The notes beneath the pieces are model-generated. The model saw nothing but the letters and a program-made list of their open reading frames with translations. It did no database searches and was not told the DNA's origin. DNA of 64,000 nucleotides from Spirochaetia bacterium. Its GTDB lineage: Bacteria > Spirochaetota > Spirochaetia > UBA9216. This document shows, in pieces, positions 37,391 to 47,176 of the stretch (its first letter is position 1; each line of letters begins with the position of its first letter). A program made the position numbers and the translations under genes. The stretch spans positions 576,001 through 640,000 of the forward strand of contig OZ223270.1 in assembly GCA_965140585.1 (NCBI GenBank). Reading direction: 5' to 3'.

Positions 37391-39538
37391 ATGGGTAGAA
37401 TTGTTAGGTTTTACTTTCTGTCTAATCTTCTCTTAATTATATTCGCATTTTCAGTTTTCGGCACAGATTTTGAGAGACCCAAAGAGATACTAATTCTTAA
37501 TTCATACCATCAGACTTATGACTGGACTGCTTCAATACTGAATGCAGTAACTGAAAGCATAAGTAAAGATTATCCTGATTTAGAGTATCAGATTGAATAT
37601 ATGGATACAAAAAGGCTGCAATCCGAAAGCTATTTTGAGTTTCTATTTGAACTATACAGTCTTAAATATAAGTCTTCCAGTTTCAATCTTGTTTTCACTA
37701 CCGATGACCATGCTTTTCAGTTTATGTTGAAATATGGAGACTCTCTTTTTCCAGGAGTTCCGGTTGTATTCTCGGGAGTAAATTCCTTCAGTGAAGAAAT
37801 GCTCGATGAGCATATTAATTATACAGGCGTTGTTGAAGACATCCAGATAAAAGAAACTATCGACATTGCCTTAACATTGCGTCCTGATACCGATTACATT
37901 TTTATCATAGGTGATAATTCATATACAGCAAGGGCCAACAAAGAAAGAGTTAAGCAGGTTGAATCTCTGTATCCTCCTCAGGAGCTGGCGTTCATTTATT
38001 CTAATGGTGACAACATAGACCGTGTAATTGACGAGTTAAACCCCCTCACTGATAGAGGAGTAATATTATGGTTTGGTTTTTTAATTGATGCTGATGGTAA
38101 ACAATATAGTAACGATGAAACCCTGGAATTAATATCAGATTTATCAAAACTGCCAATTTTTAGTTGTTGGGATTTTACACTGAATCATGGTGCTGTCGGT
38201 GGATTAGTTACAAGTGGAATTGCTCAGGGAAGAAAATCCGCAGAATTAATAAAGGAGATTCTTTCCGGTATTAAGCCTCAGTATATTCCAGTAGTTACCA
38301 AGAGCCCAAATATGTATATGTTTGATAAAAAACTAATGGATAGATTCAATATCTCGCTTAAAGATCTTCCTGACAGCAGTTTTGTTATAAATAAACCTGA
38401 TTCTTTTTTTAGTCAAAATAAAAAAATATTAGTATGGATTTTCGCGCTTTTTCTTCTCTTATGCCTGGTAATTATATTTCTGTTATTATATGTCCTTCAG
38501 AAAAAGAGAGCCCAAAAGAAATTATTTGCCATAAACTCTTTGCTTCGGTCAATTATTAATAGCCCTTCCGACATGAATATCTGGTCTGTAGACCAGGAAT
38601 TCAAGTATACTTTTTTTAATGCAACTCATAAGAAAAGTATGAAAGCAGTCTGGGGTGTGGATATTGATATTGGTCATAATTTTTTTGACTATGTCGAAGC
38701 AAATTATCGTTCCACTGTTGAGTATAGATATGAAGGTGCATTAAATGGTGATGATTTCTATATAGTTACGGAAATATCAGGAAAAGATGGTTCTTCGGAT
38801 TATTATGATAATTATTCCAGTCCAATTTACAATGAAGATAATGAAATTGTGGGGCTAACTGTTTTTGCAATCGAAATCACCAAAAGGAAAATGGCTGAAG
38901 ACAGAATTTATGAATCTCTGAAGGAGAAAGAGATTTTATTAAAAGAGATTCATCACCGAGTAAAAAATAATCTTCAGATAGTTTCCAGCATGCTGAATCT
39001 GCAGAAACCAAATATTATTGATTCAAATGACAGAGATCTTTTGTGTGAAAGTATTAATAGAATAGATTCAATGTCCCTGATCCATGAACTTCTTTATAAT
39101 TCAGAAAATTTAAGCAGCATTGATATGCAGGACTATTTTACCGATCTTGTTTCGAATATCAGCAATACAATTGAGGGGGCCCGGCAGCCCGTTTCAGTAA
39201 TATTTAAAATTGATAAGATATCTTTGAATATAAATATCGCAGTTCCGCTAGGTCTTGTAAGTAATGAAATAATTACGAATTGCTATAAGCATGCTTTTTC
39301 GGGTATAGATAATCCCATGATAATAATTACAATGAGTATTGAGGATGATGAGTTACTTTTACTAAAGATAAAAGACAATGGAAACGGCTATAATACAGAA
39401 TATAATTTAAAGAAGAGGGGGACTCTAGGCTTTGAGTTAATAAATGGTCTGACTGAGCAGGTCAATGGAGAATATGAAATGATTTCCCAAATTAATGGTC
39501 TTGAGTTTGTTTTCAGAATCCCCTTAAGTGCTGATTAG
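37391..39538 (+). CDS. Sensor histidine kinase (periplasmic binding-like domain, PAS, HisKA_2)
   Basis: ILILNSYH...EYMDTKR...PVVFSGVN sensor; TM; [14 protein letters not shown]; [17 protein letters not shown]. Confidence 0.9.
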   Translation: MGRIVRFYFLSNLLLIIFAFSVFGTDFERPKEILILNSYHQTYDWTASILNAVTESISKDYPDLEYQIEYMDTKRLQSESYFEFLFELYSLKYKSSSFNLVFTTDDHAFQFMLKYGDSLFPGVPVVFSGVNSFSEEMLDEHINYTGVVEDIQIKETIDIALTLRPDTDYIFIIGDNSYTARANKERVKQVESLYPPQELAFIYSNGDNIDRVIDELNPLTDRGVILWFGFLIDADGKQYSNDETLELISDLSKLPIFSCWDFTLNHGAVGGLVTSGIAQGRKSAELIKEILSGIKPQYIPVVTKSPNMYMFDKKLMDRFNISLKDLPDSSFVINKPDSFFSQNKKILVWIFALFLLLCLVIIFLLLYVLQKKRAQKKLFAINSLLRSIINSPSDMNIWSVDQEFKYTFFNATHKKSMKAVWGVDIDIGHNFFDYVEANYRSTVEYRYEGALNGDDFYIVTEISGKDGSSDYYDNYSSPIYNEDNEIVGLTVFAIEITKRKMAEDRIYESLKEKEILLKEIHHRVKNNLQIVSSMLNLQKPNIIDSNDRDLLCESINRIDSMSLIHELLYNSENLSSIDMQDYFTDLVSNISNTIEGARQPVSVIFKIDKISLNINIAVPLGLVSNEIITNCYKHAFSGIDNPMIIITMSIEDDELLLLKIKDNGNGYNTEYNLKKRGTLGFELINGLTEQVNGEYEMISQINGLEFVFRIPLSAD

Positions 39539-39795
39539 GTTAATTCGGTTCATCATATGGATACCAATACATCTAAGGTTTATATCACTCGAGTTAAATT
39601 ATTATCTAATTAACAAATAGGTAATAGGGAAAAAAGTTGCAAAAAGCTTGGTCGTCCTGTAACTTTTTTCTATGTTCTGTGACTATAAAAAATCACCTAT
39701 TTTATACAAGGACTATTGATGCTTTTTTAACAAAAAGAGATAAGAAGCCCACGCTCCAGGCAGCGATACTGCACCGGAGGGGCGCCTGACTATTA

Positions 39796-40140
39796 CTAGG
39801 GTTTCAAACTCGTTAGATAGTGCATTCCGCCGTTAATTGAACTATCGATAGACTGGACAGGGTTCTTCGAAGTAAAGTCAAAGCCTGTAAACTTGGAAGA
39901 ATCAGTAAGATCAATTGATTTGGAATCGGTGCTCGCATCCCCTTTCTCAACACCTGCACGACCTGAATTAAAGTAACAATTTTTAATGCTATCTTTATAT
40001 CCTATAGTTCCGGCAAAACCTGATACTCCCATTCTTCGGATCACCTTTTACCGCCCCGGCGGCATTGCAGTTTAAAACCTGTTGCCCCGCCACTGCTAAG
40101 GGATGACCGACGGCATGTCCGACAAAGCCGCCGACGCTGC
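39796..40140 (-). pseudogene. Frameshifted C-terminal fragment of a GLUG-motif surface protein
   Basis: SVGGFVG...LNCNAAGAVKG in one frame, GFAGTI...IKNCYFN...FTGFDF...INGG.HYL in ORF 39796..40044. Confidence 0.55.
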
Positions 40141-40219
40141 AACAAGCTATGCTGCTTTCGAAGACGGTAGAGCCTTAATCATCGACCATCTGCCTGCTTT
40201 CCCAGAGTAAAAATAATGG

Positions 40220-40419
40220 CTTGTACTCCTTGATTATTTTTCTGGGTGTGCAAGACTTGCTTGCGAATCAACCTTTGGAGTTTTTTTCTGTAGCGCTTGG
40301 AGAAGATGATTTTGAATACAGATTGGAGGAGTAAAATCAGGAATTTGAACATATTACATTAACGGCAGTCTTTAATAATGGAAGAATTTCCACATTAGTT
40401 GATTAAACTATAGCACGGG
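40220..40419 (-). mobile_element. Miniature IS derivative 4 (element end plus transposase start)
   Basis: ATG at 40352 gives MFKFLILLLQSVFKIIFSKR (cf. MFSFLLSLLDSVFKIFFKSR); same upstream palindrome and terminal GCACGGG. Confidence 0.6.
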
Positions 40420-40442
40420 ACACGATATGTTTCCTTGGTTCA

Positions 40443-41426
40443 TTATTTCTTATTAATTTTTACCCATTCTTGAATTACATTCAATAATTCATTATCATAA
40501 TCGGCATGTTCATATCCTAAAATATCCATTGAATATCCGGGATCAAGAAAAGCATCCATATATTGAAGTTTGGTAAATTTTCCAATATTCAAACCTCGCT
40601 CTATTCCTTGCAGCCGCAGGATAAATGCACTGATGATACCGAACATTTTAAATACGACTGAATATAAAGGTATTATAATTTTTTCTTTTTTTGTTGTTTC
40701 AAAATATTTCTTTGCAAAATCTGTCCATTTATAGTTTTTCCCACCGAGCGGGTATGCTTTACCACCTATACCTTGTTCGATTGCACCAATTGCTGCCTGT
40801 CCAACTTGAACAGCAGTTACGGCAGCTGTACCACCTTTCGTAAAGAAAAGAGTTACTTTCCCTGGTGTAGCAAGCATTGAAAACAGGAATGTCCAAGGGG
40901 GTACTTTACCCTCCTGAGTTCCTAATATATAGGGTAATTCCAAAACAAATGTATCAAATCCTGTACTTGTTTCTTTCAGAACAGCAATTCGTTGTTCTTT
41001 TCTTGTCTTTATATAAATATGGTTGCTTGCCAATCTTAACTTTGGAAATTTATTCTCAAAATAGGTAAAATAACTTCCCAGAACAACGATTTTTTTTACC
41101 CCAACAGCCTTAGCAATTTTAAGAATTTTCAAACATTTTTCTACATGATCTTGATGAAATTGTGGATAAGCAGGGCGTTTGTATGTTTGGCGATCGTCAA
41201 TCCCCAATGCATATACGACCCCTTCTTGTCCGGCCAATATGTTACTTATCTCCTCATCCGTTAATTTATAAATATCACCCTTAACATGCCGTAGATTCTC
41301 ATCAGAAATATTTGTCCTTTCAATATTACCCCGCGAAAGTATCGTAACATTATGACTACGTTTTAATGCTTCATTAGCAATATGAGATCCTAATAAACCG
41401 CTTCCACCAAAAATAAATATATTCAT
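40443..41426 (-). CDS. NAD-dependent epimerase/dehydratase family protein
   Basis: MNIFIFGGSGLLG Rossmann motif; AKAVGVKKIVVLGS; Y-x-x-x-R at the extended-SDR site. Confidence 0.85.
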   Translation of the reverse strand: MNIFIFGGSGLLGSHIANEALKRSHNVTILSRGNIERTNISDENLRHVKGDIYKLTDEEISNILAGQEGVVYALGIDDRQTYKRPAYPQFHQDHVEKCLKILKIAKAVGVKKIVVLGSYFTYFENKFPKLRLASNHIYIKTRKEQRIAVLKETSTGFDTFVLELPYILGTQEGKVPPWTFLFSMLATPGKVTLFFTKGGTAAVTAVQVGQAAIGAIEQGIGGKAYPLGGKNYKWTDFAKKYFETTKKEKIIIPLYSVVFKMFGIISAFILRLQGIERGLNIGKFTKLQYMDAFLDPGYSMDILGYEHADYDNELLNVIQEWVKINKK

Positions 41427-41791
41427 ATCTGACCTTAACAATAATATACTAAAAAGATGGAAGATCAAGAAGAAAACTCACTATAGCTTCCGGTTCCAGC
41501 GCCCCATTCACGAAGATACTGCCATATGGCTGAATCCGAATCTTCAATTTTTGTGTTAATTAAGGTCAACTCGCGTCTCGATCCTTTGAATATTTCCGGA
41601 TATTCATCAGCAGTTCTTACAGCCAGTCTGCCTCAGTTTTCTCATTAATATCATATATTGTCTATTTAGGTTTATGGGCACCACTCGGATGGACGGAGCT
41701 TATTCAATTAACATCATTCTTTTTATTCACAAATATATTGGGTATCAGTCATATAAGGAAATTGAAAGACTCAATGACCGGTACGCCCGGG

Positions 41792-41930
41792 CTGTGACTT
41801 TTTATACTTTTAGGTAATGCTCCGGTAATAATGGTGATGCAACCTTACCCCCTCCTGGCAGATCTCCCGAGGGTGTATATCAAAATATTTCGTTATCAGA
41901 GAATCCGATGGAAATAAACTACACCACGGG
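41792..41930 (-). mobile_element. Miniature IS derivative 5 (about 140 bp, both ends plus transposase C-terminal tip)
   Basis: Minus strand encodes GVRLHHHYYRSIT* (cf. LSGLHHHYYRSSA*); ends CTGTGACTTTTT and CCACGGG. Confidence 0.6.
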
Positions 41931-41939
41931 AGAGTTAAG

Positions 41940-43151
41940 TTAAAATATATCAGCCGTATTTTTTTTAAATTCAACTTCGGGATACAAAACAGATTGGTTT
42001 ATTAGTAAATCGCTGTTTTTTCCCAACAAGTAGTAATCAAAGAAGGCGGAAAGATAAGCATTAACCAGGTCTAAACTATGTCGATATTCCACATCACCAG
42101 ATAAATAATCACTAAAAAGCGGGGCATCAGAAAAACTAAAATGCATAAAGCCCTTAACATTCAGGTAATAAAAATCGCTTGAACTATGGCTTATAACCTG
42201 GCTCAGGTTTGACTTAAATTCCTTAATAAATGAGGGTGATGTTATTTCACCTTCCGAATCAGCTTTGGCTTTTTCAGCAGCTTCCAAGGTTTGAGAAGCT
42301 TGTAAATACATTAATGGAACGGAAATTCCGGTTTCACATACCGATCCCCACACTCCGCCTTCTTCGCTGAAAACAGCCTTAATGCGATCATCTTCCGAGG
42401 CTAATTGCAACACGGTTGCCCCACCCAAGGAATGACCAAAGGCAGCAATCTTTGTTGTATCGATCCGTTGGTTTAAGTTTAACTCAGGGTTGTCCTTATA
42501 GTTAAGAACATAATTCAAGGCAGTCTGAACATCTTTCACACGAATTTCTAACTCCTCAGGAACCGAATAATCACCCTCTTTAAATGCACCTTTAAAGCGA
42601 TCCTCAGAACGTATTATTTGTCCGTCAGGAAAAATAACCGCCCCTGAGGTATAGGGATGATCTACTCCAACAACTATGTAACCCTTAGAAACTAAATGAC
42701 TAATTTGAACCATACTCTGAAAGCGGGTTGAATTATTTCCTGGTGAAAATAATATTAACGGATAAGAAGTTCGAGCTTCACTTAATGGAACGTCAGCATA
42801 CGTATTAGTTGGAATTTCATGCAGATAGTTAAAGCCCTTAGCTAATTTTGAATTAAGCGACTTTAAGACCTCTTCGATTTCTGTACCATACAAAACTGGA
42901 CTTTTCCCCTCAATCGCAGACTTATCAACGGGGTACCAGAGCTGTATCATAAAGCGCCGTTTTTCACCGAGGGTTTTTGCATAAATATCTAACTGATCCT
43001 CATTAGTGAGTTCGATAGCTTTCGAACCAACAGCAAAACGACCTTCAGTTTTTGGAAAGTCAAAATTCCTATATAGGGTTTTACAAGAAACTAATGAAAG
43101 TATACTAACCATAAATATAAACATTAATTTATTTTTTTTCATTGCTGTCAT
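41940..43151 (-). CDS. Alpha/beta hydrolase lipoprotein (PAF-acetylhydrolase-like)
   Basis: Lipobox LVS|C; IQLWYP, PLILFSPG, GYIVVGVDH, nucleophile GHSLGG, HFSFSD. Confidence 0.88.
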   Translation of the reverse strand: MTAMKKNKLMFIFMVSILSLVSCKTLYRNFDFPKTEGRFAVGSKAIELTNEDQLDIYAKTLGEKRRFMIQLWYPVDKSAIEGKSPVLYGTEIEEVLKSLNSKLAKGFNYLHEIPTNTYADVPLSEARTSYPLILFSPGNNSTRFQSMVQISHLVSKGYIVVGVDHPYTSGAVIFPDGQIIRSEDRFKGAFKEGDYSVPEELEIRVKDVQTALNYVLNYKDNPELNLNQRIDTTKIAAFGHSLGGATVLQLASEDDRIKAVFSEEGGVWGSVCETGISVPLMYLQASQTLEAAEKAKADSEGEITSPSFIKEFKSNLSQVISHSSSDFYYLNVKGFMHFSFSDAPLFSDYLSGDVEYRHSLDLVNAYLSAFFDYYLLGKNSDLLINQSVLYPEVEFKKNTADIF

Positions 43152-43737
43152 CCTTTAATGTTTTTAATAAAATTTTATAAAATTCTTCTTGCGTAAACCG
43201 GGGACTTTCAAAAAATAAATCTCCGCGAAACCTAAACCCTAAATTCATGAGCACACAAAACTCAGCAATAGCCTGATTATTAATTCTTTTATCTACAAAG
43301 TCTAAGCTTTTCCCAAGTTCAATCCAGGTTTTTATAGCCTTTGTTGCTTTATCAAGAATATTCTTTAACAAATCAGAAACCTGAGATTCTTGATCTTGAG
43401 AAAATAGATATTTAAGAATCTTATTCACTGCAGAATCTGGATTGTTATAAGTACCAATATTTATTTGAAAAAGCTTTAAATATTCGTCTAAATCTTTTGG
43501 GTTTGATTGTAAAGAATCCAAAAACTGAGTTTCGTAGTTTTTTAATAAGTCTTCTAAAACAAGGGTAAATAACTCATTTTTATTTCGCACATAATGAAAT
43601 ATTCCACCTTTCGATAAACCACTGAGTTGTACTAAATCCTGAAAGGTAAAATTTGTACAGGATTTTTCATTGATAAGTTGTATAGTCGCGGAAATGATTA
43701 CCTTTACACTCGCTTCCGGATTTTTTTGTCTTCCCAT
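43129..43737 (-). CDS. TetR-family regulator
   Basis: HTH FQDLVQLSGLSKGGIFHYVRNKNEL; ATG at 43737. Confidence 0.9.
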   Translation of the reverse strand: MGRQKNPEASVKVIISATIQLINEKSCTNFTFQDLVQLSGLSKGGIFHYVRNKNELFTLVLEDLLKNYETQFLDSLQSNPKDLDEYLKLFQINIGTYNNPDSAVNKILKYLFSQDQESQVSDLLKNILDKATKAIKTWIELGKSLDFVDKRINNQAIAEFCVLMNLGFRFRGDLFFESPRFTQEEFYKILLKTLKDDSNEKK

Positions 43738-43744
43738 ACTTGTC

Positions 43745-43774
43745 AAGATAACAAACCGGCGGTCGGTATGTCAA
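43745..43774 (-). promoter_or_regulatory. Promoter with TetR-type operator in the spacer
   Basis: Minus strand TTGACA-TACCGACCGCCGGTTTGT-TATCTT; imperfect palindrome ACATACCG...CGGTTTGT; ATG 7 nt after the -10. Confidence 0.6.
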
Positions 43775-43971
43775 GTGAATTGAAGAGAAAGAGTTGAAAA
43801 GTGTTAGGCAAAAAATACTTCTATGTATTTGAGTATGAAACGAAAGAGCCCAGGGACATTTGGTTTTGTTCATTGGCAAAACAGGCTCGGTGTTTGCTCT
43901 ATCAAGTGCCGATATCGTATTGTCTTATGGTAAACAGAAAAGCCGTAACTGCGTAATATCGTTTGATGAGA

Positions 43972-44322
43972 TTAATAAAGCAATTCCGGGTCATATTTTT
44001 CCATCCACATTTTCTTCAGGAGTTCAAGATCTTCCTTGAATTCAATAGGTTTTTGAGTTTCATTCTTTTTTATAACCTCCACAATTTGCAGCTCAAATGC
44101 ATCGCTTCCAAATAAGACCCAGTCAGCATTCATTTTAGGGTGGAAGCAGCTGTCAAATTGTTTTCCGCTTTCAAATCTGTTTTTAATAGCAGCAACATCA
44201 GCAGTTGCTCCCAAATATATCTTTCCATTTTCTGTATTCTTTATTACAAAAATGCCGCCAGTTTGTGTCCGAGCCTGCTCTTTATAATCATTAATAAGTT
44301 TCTTTTTCATTTCTTTGTTCAT
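43972..44322 (-). CDS. Small GIY-YIG-like protein
   Basis: GGIFVIKNTENGKIYLG...NR...DW..FG.DAF....E. Confidence 0.75.
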   Translation of the reverse strand: MNKEMKKKLINDYKEQARTQTGGIFVIKNTENGKIYLGATADVAAIKNRFESGKQFDSCFHPKMNADWVLFGSDAFELQIVEVIKKNETQKPIEFKEDLELLKKMWMEKYDPELLY

Positions 44323-44326
44323 CTGA

Positions 44327-44806
44327 TTAATACCCCATTTCCTTCAGTAAAGCCGACAGACGATGTAATCTTTCGCTCAGAAGCTCATCGTTTTTGTTCA
44401 TTGCATCTCGCAAGAGGAAGATGTCCTCGTCAAGCATTGGATTATCCATACAGATTGACACATCCAGCGCGCCTCCCTGCAAAGCAACGCGATCAACCGT
44501 TGTTTTATTCTCATCGTACAGTTTCGGGTATTTATAGGCCTCTTGAAAATAGGCTTTTGATTTGCATACAAGAATAGCGAGATCAAGCACGCGGTGTAGC
44601 GGCATCTCTTCTGATTGTCTTGACCATTTCTCTCCTGTATACCGCCAAATTTTGGCCGACACATCGACCTTGCCACGGTCATTCCACTGTGCGAGTCCCA
44701 CAGACAAACCCTTTGCATCCGAATTACCGGCACATCGACCGTCGATTTTATCATAATCCTCCGACACAATAACCGGTTTGTGCTTGAGTGTTGTAGGAAT
44801 TTTCAT
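44327..44806 (-). CDS. Conserved hypothetical protein (DUF6530-like)
   Basis: MKIPTTLKHKPV...DAKGLSVGLAQWN...SAKIWRYTGEKWSRQSEEMPLHRVLDL; family recalled from memory, not searched. Confidence 0.65.
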   Translation of the reverse strand: MKIPTTLKHKPVIVSEDYDKIDGRCAGNSDAKGLSVGLAQWNDRGKVDVSAKIWRYTGEKWSRQSEEMPLHRVLDLAILVCKSKAYFQEAYKYPKLYDENKTTVDRVALQGGALDVSICMDNPMLDEDIFLLRDAMNKNDELLSERLHRLSALLKEMGY

Positions 44807-44987
44807 CTTTTATCTCCGAAAAAATATTAGTAAGTTAGTAAATTAGTAAATACGAATGAAGTTTAACTCTGTTTATCATTAAATGTCAAGATGTGTGTTA
44901 TAGCTTTATATGGTTTCAGGTTGATGGAATTGAAACAACCTAAAAATTAGTAAGGTGGATAATGTTTCACCCCGTGTTCAGTTTTTC

Positions 44988-45045
44988 TTGACAAATTTAA
45001 TACTATGTATTATATATAAACCATACAGTCTAGACTGGAAGGTCT
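44988..45045 (+). promoter_or_regulatory. Promoter and palindromic TetR-like operator
   Basis: TTGACA at 44988, AT-rich -10 region about 17 nt downstream; perfect palindrome CAGTCTAGACTG at 45026-45037 upstream of an operon encoding TetR. Confidence 0.6.
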
Positions 45046-45058
45046 AAAGGGGGCTTTC

Positions 45059-45637
45059 ATGACACGAAAATCAACAGATATAATTCTGGGTGCATTTACT
45101 CTTTTACTGACAATGCTTTTCATAATCATCACACTAAAAAATGATTCATTTTTTGAATGGGTTTTTAATCGTCATCATAACCAGCTAAGCTGGTATATAC
45201 GTCCATTGTTTCTGATTCCGTTCTGCTTCTTTTCTTATAAAAGGAGTTTTACCGGAATAGGTATTACAATATTGGCACTATTTACCAGCATGTTCTGGTT
45301 TCCTGCTCCTGAAGCAGTTTCTGAGAAGGTAAATGAATTTCTTGCTATGGAAATGAGCTATCTTCATGGGTCCTGGAATTTAACCAGAATTATTTTTACA
45401 TTAACAATTCCTGTTACATTTTTTCTTTTAGGTTATGCACTCTGGAAAAGAGAATTAAAAGCAGGACTTTTTGTCGTTGTACTTATGGCATTTCTAAAAA
45501 TTGTCTGGAGCATAATGGAGGGCGGAGAATCCGGAACATCAATTCTTGTTCCTGCAATATTAGGATTAGTTATTTGTCTTGTATTAATTTATATCGGGTT
45601 TAAGATTCTTGAAAAGCGTAATAAAAACAAGGCTTAA
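45059..45637 (+). CDS. Integral membrane protein of unknown function
   Basis: About six TM helices; RHHNQLSWYIRP and TSMFWFP motifs. Confidence 0.75.
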   Translation: MTRKSTDIILGAFTLLLTMLFIIITLKNDSFFEWVFNRHHNQLSWYIRPLFLIPFCFFSYKRSFTGIGITILALFTSMFWFPAPEAVSEKVNEFLAMEMSYLHGSWNLTRIIFTLTIPVTFFLLGYALWKRELKAGLFVVVLMAFLKIVWSIMEGGESGTSILVPAILGLVICLVLIYIGFKILEKRNKNKA

Positions 45638-45654
45638 AGGAAGGAGTCGATACT

Positions 45655-46533
45655 ATGGAAAAGAAAATATGTATTATAACCGGAGCAAATGCGGGAATAG
45701 GTAAACAGGCGGCAATGCAGATTGCCGGAAAGGGCTATCATGTGATACTTGCATGCCGCAATAAATCAAGGGGTGAAGAAGCTCTGGATGAAATTAAAAA
45801 GGCCTTGCCTGCTGCGTCGCTTGAATTAATGATTGTCGATCTCAGATTAAGGGAATCGGTAATCAGATTTGCAGAAAAATATAGCAGTGAATATGATCAT
45901 TTAGATGTACTTATACACAATGCTGCCGTTTTTAACGTAACACAGAAGACGAGGGAACTTACGGCAGAAGGCGTTGAAACAATTTGGGCGACAAATCATC
46001 TGGGTCCTGTTCTCCTTACTGAATTATTGAAAGATAAGCTGGAAAAAAGTGATAACGGGAGAGTCATTACAATCTCATCCAAGGGGCTGTTGGCCAAACC
46101 GCTGTTGAAAGTGGATCTGAATGATGCGGAGTTTAAGTCGAAAAAGTTTAATGTTGTAAATGCTTATTATCAATCCAAGATTGCACAGATCATGTATACC
46201 TACTGGCTGGCGGATAAGCTAAAGGATACCGGTATAACGGTAAATTGTATTCGTGTAACAGCGGTTAAGGTTGATATTTCGAGGCATCCTGATCTTTCAG
46301 CTTTTATGAAATGGGTATATTCAATGAAAGCCCGGAAAGCATTAAGCCCTGAAGTGATGGCGGAAACATACACTGACCTGGCTACCTCTCCGAAATACAG
46401 AAAAGCAACAGGAAAATACTATGATGAAAACAGTCTTGAGGTGGATTCCCCAAAATATTGCAGGAAAATGGAAAATATCAAGGCTGTGATGAAGCTTACA
46501 AATCATTATGTAACTGAACTGGAAGAAATATAG
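45655..46533 (+). CDS. Short-chain dehydrogenase/reductase (retinol dehydrogenase-like)
   Basis: ITGANAGIG, ILACRN, LIHNAA, TNHLG, YYQSK. Confidence 0.92.
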   Translation: MEKKICIITGANAGIGKQAAMQIAGKGYHVILACRNKSRGEEALDEIKKALPAASLELMIVDLRLRESVIRFAEKYSSEYDHLDVLIHNAAVFNVTQKTRELTAEGVETIWATNHLGPVLLTELLKDKLEKSDNGRVITISSKGLLAKPLLKVDLNDAEFKSKKFNVVNAYYQSKIAQIMYTYWLADKLKDTGITVNCIRVTAVKVDISRHPDLSAFMKWVYSMKARKALSPEVMAETYTDLATSPKYRKATGKYYDENSLEVDSPKYCRKMENIKAVMKLTNHYVTELEEI

Positions 46534-47157
46534 ATGAGCAGACGTGAAATTAATGAAGAACAGCTATTTGATGAAGCGCTAAATGAATTTACAAAATACA
46601 GTTTTGACGAAGCTTCAATAAACAGAATAATAGCAAATGCAGGAATAGCAAAAGGATCCTTTTATTATAGATTTTCAAATAAATATGAACTTTATTTGTA
46701 TTTATTAAAGGAAGCAAATAAAAAGAAATGGGAGTTTATAAAAGCTGATACAAGAAATGAGGAAGAAAGTATCGGGAGTGATATCTTTGCACTCTTTCTC
46801 AAACAAGCCGAGAGCGGCATGCGTTATGCAACAGCACACCCGAAGTTTCATAAACTGAGTAAAATGTTCTCTGCTGAGAAGGGTTCTGCAATTTATAAAC
46901 AGGTTCTTCATGATCTGAAAATGGATGAAGAATCCGGTTTAAGCCAAATTATTGAAGGCTCATATAAGTCCGGAAACTTCAAGGATGAATATTCCTTTGA
47001 GTTTATAGATAAGCTTGTCACGTCATTATTCTATTCGTTCGATGATATTCTTTTTAAAAATGAGGAGTTTGAGCTTGAAAAGGCAATGTCGTTTCTGAAA
47101 GAGTTTATAAACTTTTTAAAATATGGTTTAAAAAATGAGAATCAGGATACTCAATAA
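46534..47157 (+). CDS. TetR-family regulator
   Basis: ASINRIIANAGIAKGSFYYRFSNKYELY. Confidence 0.92.
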   Translation: MSRREINEEQLFDEALNEFTKYSFDEASINRIIANAGIAKGSFYYRFSNKYELYLYLLKEANKKKWEFIKADTRNEEESIGSDIFALFLKQAESGMRYATAHPKFHKLSKMFSAEKGSAIYKQVLHDLKMDEESGLSQIIEGSYKSGNFKDEYSFEFIDKLVTSLFYSFDDILFKNEEFELEKAMSFLKEFINFLKYGLKNENQDTQ

Positions 47158-47176
47158 CAGCATCAAAGGATATTTT

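Noticed and set aside
41470-41650. Short minus-strand reading frame (...IWQYLREWGAG...)
   Set aside because: No clear start and no recognisable homology; may be a gene remnant but unsupported.
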